Assembly (NCBI GenBank): GCA_963787445.1
Contig: CAWBCT010000005.1
Span: 576,001-640,000 of the forward strand
DNA: 64,000 nucleotides
Reading direction: 5' to 3'
From: an uncultured archaeon
GTDB taxonomy: Archaea > Micrarchaeota > Micrarchaeia > Micrarchaeales > CABMGC01
Part shown: positions 58,342 through 64,000 of the stretch, one piece after another
Layout of the letters: each line of letters begins with the position of its first letter
Numbering within the stretch: the first letter of the stretch is position 1
Position numbers and translations under genes: made by a program
Notes under the pieces: generated by a model
What the model was told of the DNA's origin: nothing
Database searches by the model: none
Seen by the model: the letters and a program-made list of their open reading frames with translations, nothing else

Positions 58342-58788
58342 ATGGAAATAAGCGCGTTTTTGGTCAGAGCCAAAAAAGATACCTACGCCAGCGGCAAGAA
58401 ACCAACTGTCTTGGAAGACGGCTTTGAGCAATTTACGTACCAGGAAGGAACGCTATCCTACAGGGATAGATACCGTGCAAGGGATCCAAGACCCTTTGGT
58501 GGAGAGGAAGTGGTTTTTCAAGAAGGAAAACCGGTTTGGATGATGAATTACCATGGATTTATGCTTTCTAAAGAGGTTGAGAGTAAGAAGGTCTATAGCT
58601 TTCTTAGAAAGGCCATGAGTCTCGTAGAAGAAGACAGGCCCTTCAGAGGCTGTTCAACTCTCAAGGAAGGCGATTATGAGTATAAGGACATCAGCACTGG
58701 CGATTTAAACCAATTTGTCGGAACAGAAAAGATATTTTTCAAAGGAGAAGAGGTTTACAGACTGGAATACCACGGCGGCGCTCTCTAA
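58342..58788 (+). CDS. Conserved hypothetical protein (DUF5680-like)
   Basis: FLVRAKKDTYA, YRDRY, FGGEEVV, PVWMMNYHG, PFRG, YHGG. Confidence 0.75.
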   Translation: MEISAFLVRAKKDTYASGKKPTVLEDGFEQFTYQEGTLSYRDRYRARDPRPFGGEEVVFQEGKPVWMMNYHGFMLSKEVESKKVYSFLRKAMSLVEEDRPFRGCSTLKEGDYEYKDISTGDLNQFVGTEKIFFKGEEVYRLEYHGGAL

Positions 58789-58814
58789 TTAGTCGATGCC
58801 AACAGCGTATTTAT

Positions 58815-59864
58815 TTACAGCACTCCAGTGAGCTTCAGGCCGAATCCTAGCAGCACGAAGAGCACCTCCAGGGCCATTAGATAGTTTGTTACATCAGTCT
58901 CCCTGCACTTCTTCTTCAGGTTCATGACCAGGTGCGTCAGGCTGTAGATCTTCTTCCCGTAGGGCGCCTTGAGCGTCCCGTCCTTCTGCCGCACTCCCAG
59001 GTCGCGCACCCTGAACTTCCTGCGAAGGTGCAGGAAGAACTCTATTATCCACGGAAACACCATTACGAGCCCGATCGACTCCATGTTGCCTACTATTATG
59101 GCCGCGGCCAGCGCGCCCCCGGTGGCGTAGGTGAAGCTGTCACCAGGTATGATCTTCGCGGGGTACTTGTTGAACCAGTAGAATGCGACCACCGCAGCCA
59201 GGATCATCGCGGAGAGGAAGGCGCCCATGTAGGTGCCGAACACCAGCGAGTAGATTAGAAGTCCGGCGCTCACTACCATTATCATCCCCGGCTGAAGGCC
59301 GTCAAAGCCCCCCAGCAGGTTCACCGCGTTGGGCAGGAAGATTATGGCAAGCGGCACTATCAGCAGCGGGTAGAGGATGCCGAAGTTTACATGCCCTAGG
59401 AAGGGGAGGCTCACAATGCTCGTCCCTGCGCTTATGGCGACCAGGGGCAGCGCCCCCACGAGCGTCAGCAGCGGCTTCTGCCACTGCTCCAGACCCTTGT
59501 TCAGCAGCATTATGTCTGTGGACATGACCTTTTCGCGCTTCACGTTTATGTCGTCAACAAACCCCACCAGGGCTATGAGCGCGATGGACAGCCCCACCGC
59601 AAGCAGCACCGAGACCGAAAGCACCGGGACGAAGACGAAGGTTCCGCCGAAGATGTAGAGCAGTATTCCGAAGATGATTCCGAAGGCCACTCCGAGGCCG
59701 CCGCTGCTAGGCAGCTTGACCGGCTTCGCCTTGTTCATGTCTTCGGCTATTATGCCCGCGCCGAACAGGTAGCTTATCAGGAACTTTGTGGCGTAGAAGG
59801 TCGTGATGAAAACGACAACGGCAGGCACGATTATGGTTGTGAAGCTCTGGTACATGCTAGACAT
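58815..59864 (-). CDS. Polyprenyl-phosphate N-acetylhexosamine-1-P transferase (AglH/GPT/MraY family)
   Basis: Multi-TM; GFVDD, NAVNLLGGFDGL, FNKYPAKIIPGDS. Confidence 0.9.
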   Translation of the reverse strand: MSSMYQSFTTIIVPAVVVFITTFYATKFLISYLFGAGIIAEDMNKAKPVKLPSSGGLGVAFGIIFGILLYIFGGTFVFVPVLSVSVLLAVGLSIALIALVGFVDDINVKREKVMSTDIMLLNKGLEQWQKPLLTLVGALPLVAISAGTSIVSLPFLGHVNFGILYPLLIVPLAIIFLPNAVNLLGGFDGLQPGMIMVVSAGLLIYSLVFGTYMGAFLSAMILAAVVAFYWFNKYPAKIIPGDSFTYATGGALAAAIIVGNMESIGLVMVFPWIIEFFLHLRRKFRVRDLGVRQKDGTLKAPYGKKIYSLTHLVMNLKKKCRETDVTNYLMALEVLFVLLGFGLKLTGVL

Positions 59865-59912
59865 TCGGTTGGTAACTAATAAATATATAGCGAATCAGGT
59901 AATTGTGGTTCC

Positions 59913-61010
59913 ATGCTATTGGAAATAGCCCTTTACATTTACCTCTCCCTGACCCTGCTGATCTTTGCAGTGCTTCTCTGCGCCGACCTCTACAGCCTCT
60001 TTGCAAGGAAACGCGTGGGAGAGCCCATAACAGTGGCAAAATACGCGCCAAAGACCCTTGTTATGGTTCCCTGCAGGGGAATGGACCTTACCCTGGAGCA
60101 GAACCTCAGGTCGCTAAAGAGCCAGCGGTACAAGAACTACTCTCTTGTCGCAATAGTTGACGATGAAAGCGACCTGGCCCTAAAAACAATCAGGAAGCTT
60201 GGGATCAAGCACCTCATCTCCTCGTCTGATTGCGTGAAGTGCAGCGGAAAGGTGAGGGCCATCAGCACGGCGATGGAGAAGCTGCGAGGTTACCAAGCGT
60301 ATGTAATAGTTGATTCCGATGTCCAAGTTGAACGGAACTGGCTCGCCGCCCTGGTCCAGCCGCTTCAGGACAAGAAGGTTGGCATATCAACAATGTATCC
60401 CTACTTCAAGCCGCTCGGAGGTTTCTGGTCAAAGGTCAAGATGGTTTGGGGATTTGTCGGCGACAGCCTGCTCGAGCGAGAGTCATCCAGATTTGGCTGG
60501 GGCGGCTCGCTGGCATTCAGAAAAGAGCTGATGGACGCCAAATCGCTCAAGTTCTTCAAAGACTCAAACTACTCCATCTCGGATGACATCTGCCTTACGA
60601 AGATTGCCAAGGCAAAAGGCCTCCGGATAGCCTATGTGAAGACTCCCAAACCGATAGTCAACTGCAAAGAGAGTTTCGGCGCCTTTTTGGAGTGGTCCAA
60701 CCGCCAGACCGCCCTTACTGCGCTTGGTTATCGCCGCAACCTTTATCTCGGGCTGGTGTATTATTCAATGGAGATCTGGCTGGTCCTCTCCGGCATAATC
60801 CTTGCCGTGTTTGTAACCCCAATTTTTCTCATATTGTTTCTGCACTACGTAAAGAGCGTAGCCAACGCCTACCACAGGTCTGGAATACCCAGCCTTCAGA
60901 TACCAATAATCGTACTAATGCTGCCCTTTCTTTACGATATAAATCTTATCCGCGCGTCTAGAATGCGTACAATAACCTGGCGCGGACGCGTATACCAGAT
61001 ACGGCAATAA
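59913..61010 (+). CDS. Family-2 glycosyltransferase (ceramide-glucosyltransferase-like)
   Basis: VPCRG, CSGKV, DSD, WGGS, SDD, WSNRQ, ITWRGRVY. Confidence 0.85.
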   Translation: MLLEIALYIYLSLTLLIFAVLLCADLYSLFARKRVGEPITVAKYAPKTLVMVPCRGMDLTLEQNLRSLKSQRYKNYSLVAIVDDESDLALKTIRKLGIKHLISSSDCVKCSGKVRAISTAMEKLRGYQAYVIVDSDVQVERNWLAALVQPLQDKKVGISTMYPYFKPLGGFWSKVKMVWGFVGDSLLERESSRFGWGGSLAFRKELMDAKSLKFFKDSNYSISDDICLTKIAKAKGLRIAYVKTPKPIVNCKESFGAFLEWSNRQTALTALGYRRNLYLGLVYYSMEIWLVLSGIILAVFVTPIFLILFLHYVKSVANAYHRSGIPSLQIPIIVLMLPFLYDINLIRASRMRTITWRGRVYQIRQ

Positions 61011-61050
61011 TCAGCTATAAATATTTTCACTTGTTCATCTATCTGATTAT

Positions 61051-61365
61051 ATGGCAGCCGAAAAGCTTGGACTGAACAAGTCTAGCCTCCGCGAGAACGA
61101 GCCGGTCAAGGTTGACCTTGGCGGCAAGAGCTTCGTCCTTGTTTTATACAATGGAAAGGTGCACGCACTTGATGAGCTTTGCACGCACGAGCATGGCCCG
61201 CTGGCTGACGGCTCGATGGACGGAAAAGAGCTCATCTGCCCGTGGCACAGCGGCGCATTCGACATAGAGACAGGCAAGGCAAGCGAGAACACCCCTTGGG
61301 CAACCGACACCAAGCACTATCCGATAACTGCGGATTCAACTGGAGAACTTTTCATACTACTTTAG
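61051..61365 (+). CDS. Rieske [2Fe-2S] ferredoxin
   Basis: CTHE and CPWH motifs. Confidence 0.92.
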   Translation: MAAEKLGLNKSSLRENEPVKVDLGGKSFVLVLYNGKVHALDELCTHEHGPLADGSMDGKELICPWHSGAFDIETGKASENTPWATDTKHYPITADSTGELFILL

Positions 61366-61373
61366 CGGTGCTG

Positions 61374-61787
61374 TTAATCTAACAGCTTCATCAATTCCGG
61401 AGTTTTCCATATCCTGACTTTATTCTGTTTCTGGAAGTGTTTGTCATTGCTCCATATGCCACTGTTCTCCACCGATAATACAAGTGCTATATACGGCGTG
61501 TTGTCCGGGTCGATACTGTCCATTATTTCCTTAGCACCCTCAAAGTTATTCTTAATAATCGAATCGTCTACCACGTATATATTGCCAAATATCAATGCTA
61601 GCAGGCTATCCAAAGCTGTTTCTGAAATATTTGCCTTCTTCAATATCTCTTTCATGTGCTCTTTCAATTCAGCCTTCGTGAAGCCCACCGTCAGAAATAC
61701 AAATTTATCTGACATTAATATCTCTCTACTAGTTGAATCTTTGATTAAAGCGGCGATTATCCTGTTCGTATCCGCTATTAATATCAT
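61374..61787 (-). CDS. PIN-domain (VapC-like) toxin
   Basis: IADTNRI, DPDN.PYIAL, IWSNDKHF. Confidence 0.85.
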   Translation of the reverse strand: MILIADTNRIIAALIKDSTSREILMSDKFVFLTVGFTKAELKEHMKEILKKANISETALDSLLALIFGNIYVVDDSIIKNNFEGAKEIMDSIDPDNTPYIALVLSVENSGIWSNDKHFQKQNKVRIWKTPELMKLLD

Positions 61788-62005
61788 TCGTCTAGCCTCT
61801 TCCGTATCTTCGCCTTAATCTTACTCCCAATTTTCTCCGCATCCTTCTCGGTAAATGTGCTGTTCTTCAGCATCTTATCTACCAACTCCAGTTCCATCAG
61901 TTTCTTCTCGAAGGCGAGTCTAGCAATGTCGCTCCACTTCAATTCGGTGTGCTTCTTCATCTTCTTGTATAGCTGTTCCGATACGGCCAAGGTCATGTTC
62001 GTCAT
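61784..62005 (-). CDS. Antitoxin (VapB-like, RHH)
   Basis: NMTLAVSEQLYKKMKKHTELKWSDIAR; overlaps the PIN gene start. Confidence 0.8.
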   Translation of the reverse strand: MTNMTLAVSEQLYKKMKKHTELKWSDIARLAFEKKLMELELVDKMLKNSTFTEKDAEKIGSKIKAKIRKRLDE

Positions 62006-62100
62006 AGATTCACTATGTGATATATGTGTTTGCACATATTTAAACCTATCTGAAGAAGTTGCACGAAATCCTTATATTACTGGTTTTCTAACTCTTTATC

Positions 62101-62667
62101 ATGCCTAACTTACTTCAGAAATTTAGAAAAGGAGAATACATTACAGAGTACAGAACCGACGACGGCAGGATCGTTAGGTTCAGAGGTCCTAGAAAGAGTG
62201 ATGTTAATGACATCCTTAAATTTATCAACGGACTTGTCGAAGAGGATGCGATGATATTGGTCGACAAGAAGAAGACAAGGAAAGAAGAAAACACCTATGT
62301 GAAAAGGGTAATCAAAGAGAATAAAGAGGGTTCAGCTTTGCACCTAGTTGCTGAAGTTGATGGGAAAGTAGTGGCGAAAGCAGAAGTTCACAGGAAAAAG
62401 GATAAATCAAACCATGTCGGAACTCTGGGCATCTCCGTATCGAAGGGCTATAGGGACATTGAAATTGGAAAGACCATAATGAGACTCCTATCTGAACTTT
62501 CCAAAGAGCTTGGCCTCAGGCTTATAATCCTTGAAGCTTACGCGGAAAATAGCCGAGCAATACATGTCTACCAAAAATCAGGATTTAAGATAGTCGGACG
62601 CGTACCAAAAGACATACATTACAGAAACAAGTATGTTGACTCTGTGATTATGGTTAAGGAGCTATGA
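62101..62667 (+). CDS. GNAT acetyltransferase (RimJ/RimL-like)
   Basis: LVAEVDGKVVA, LGISV..GYRDIEIGK, NSRAIHVYQKSGF. Confidence 0.88.
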   Translation: MPNLLQKFRKGEYITEYRTDDGRIVRFRGPRKSDVNDILKFINGLVEEDAMILVDKKKTRKEENTYVKRVIKENKEGSALHLVAEVDGKVVAKAEVHRKKDKSNHVGTLGISVSKGYRDIEIGKTIMRLLSELSKELGLRLIILEAYAENSRAIHVYQKSGFKIVGRVPKDIHYRNKYVDSVIMVKEL

Positions 62668-64000
62668 GGATTTCACTATCTTCTCACTTTTCTGCTCCGT
62701 GAATCTCGTTATCTCCTTAAGGTAGTTATCCGACTTCTTGATGGTCACGAAGTTGCTGATTATGTTGTTGTAAAGCCTCCAGTTGTACCTTTTGTCCATG
62801 AAGATAACAAATGCTCTATCAGACTCGCTCCTTATGGCCCTGCCCGCAGCCTGCGCGGCGCGTATCACCCCGGGCACGATGTAAGCGTACTCGTTCCCCT
62901 TCCCGTTGAACCTCTTGTCCAGGTACTCTATCTTTGCGGTGAGCTCAAGGTCGGGCCGCTCAAGCGGTATCCCAACTATTACTATGCCCTTTATCACGTT
63001 GTTCGCGTAGTCTATGCCCTCGCTCAGGCTTCCGCCCATCACGCCGAACATCAGCGAGTCCTTACTCGCCTTGAACTTGTTTATCATCTCTTCCACCGCG
63101 ACGTTATGCATCTCCCTTCTCTGTATAAACTCAACTTCAAAGATCATGTGCTGGTAAACCGCGTTGAGCACATCGAAGCTTGGGAAGAAGACGGCCACGT
63201 TGCCCTTTGTCGGGCCTTTTATCTCTCCAATCTTGTTCGCTATCTTCTTGTACTCCTCCAGCGACCGGTTCTGGTACTTGGTGGATACCTGGTCATCAAC
63301 CATGCAGAGCTTATTCAGAGGTGGAAATGGCGAGCTGTAATTCGAGACCCCTGCGTCGGGCATGCCCAGCAGCTCGCGGTACATCTCAAGGGGCAGCAGG
63401 GTGCCGCTCATGAAAACGTTGGCGTAGGCCTCTTTCAGCGCAGCCAGCGGGCCTTCCGGATAAAGACAGACCACTGACAGCTTTATGTCCGTGCCGCGCT
63501 TCGAGAGTATCCTTGCCGAAGAGGTATCGTTGCCGCTCAGCGACTCTAGGAAGCGCGCTATGTGCATCAGTGACGAACGTTTCGCCGTTGCGTTGGAGAG
63601 GTACTCCATGCCTGCCTTCTCCAAGTCCTCCACAACGTTCGCTATGTTGCCTGTCAGCATGCTTGCAACCTCGTCACCATCAAAGAAGGCTTCCCCTGTG
63701 TGAATTAGCGGGAGCCTTTTGGCTGCAATGCTCTCTATCATGAAGCGCAGGTACTCGATGTCCATGCTGCTCTGTATCTCGCGGAGCTCCTTGATGGCGT
63801 TGTTTACCGTGTGCACGCTGAGCGAGGTGCTCAGGTAGGAGCTCGCCGAGCCTACCACGTTGTGTGCCTCATCCCAGATCACTATGGCATTCTCGAGCTT
63901 GTGGCCTATGCGCTTCAGGAACGCCTTCCTCGTGTAGGGATTCAAGATATGGGCGTAATCTGCTATGATGAAGTTCGACTCCTTTGCAATCTCAGCAGCC
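62662..64000 (-). CDS. xpd: XPD/Rad3-family DNA helicase, 5'-partial
   Basis: IADY, DEAHN, MSGTL, FFPSF, SEGID, QAAGRAIR, MDKRY. Confidence 0.92.
   Translation of the reverse strand, partial: AAEIAKESNFIIADYAHILNPYTRKAFLKRIGHKLENAIVIWDEAHNVVGSASSYLSTSLSVHTVNNAIKELREIQSSMDIEYLRFMIESIAAKRLPLIHTGEAFFDGDEVASMLTGNIANVVEDLEKAGMEYLSNATAKRSSLMHIARFLESLSGNDTSSARILSKRGTDIKLSVVCLYPEGPLAALKEAYANVFMSGTLLPLEMYRELLGMPDAGVSNYSSPFPPLNKLCMVDDQVSTKYQNRSLEEYKKIANKIGEIKGPTKGNVAVFFPSFDVLNAVYQHMIFEVEFIQRREMHNVAVEEMINKFKASKDSLMFGVMGGSLSEGIDYANNVIKGIVIVGIPLERPDLELTAKIEYLDKRFNGKGNEYAYIVPGVIRAAQAAGRAIRSESDRAFVIFMDKRYNWRLYNNIISNFVTIKKSDNYLKEITRFTEQKSEKIVKSS

Overview
Archaeal chromosome segment. Gene content and style suggest a DPANN/Micrarchaeota-like genome (inference). 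The housekeeping backbone includes TFB, malic enzyme, TrxB, a PriL-PriX-like primase subunit, an 11-subunit complex-I-like nuo cluster with nuoM inverted, GatCAB plus AspRS, Rad50, SufBDCS, ProRS, SerRS, aRF1, a histone, XPD, an intron-containing tRNA-Trp and tRNA-Leu. An accessory region between sufS and proS (about 34.8-49.6 kb) holds two candidate novel systems. (1) A tightly packed operon of two divergent TrpRS paralogs, a TyrRS/CDPS-like protein lacking HIGH and KMSKS, and a eukaryote-type (ARO7-like) chorismate mutase, facing an amino-acid racemase across a structured intergenic region; this is a candidate tRNA-dependent aromatic peptide pathway. (2) An AT-rich island with a terpene-synthase-fold enzyme, three V4R ligand-binding proteins and a KaiC-like ATPase; this is a candidate small-molecule signal/receptor module. 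Several single-base frameshifts in conserved genes look like assembly errors. All family assignments come from motif recognition by eye, not database searches.
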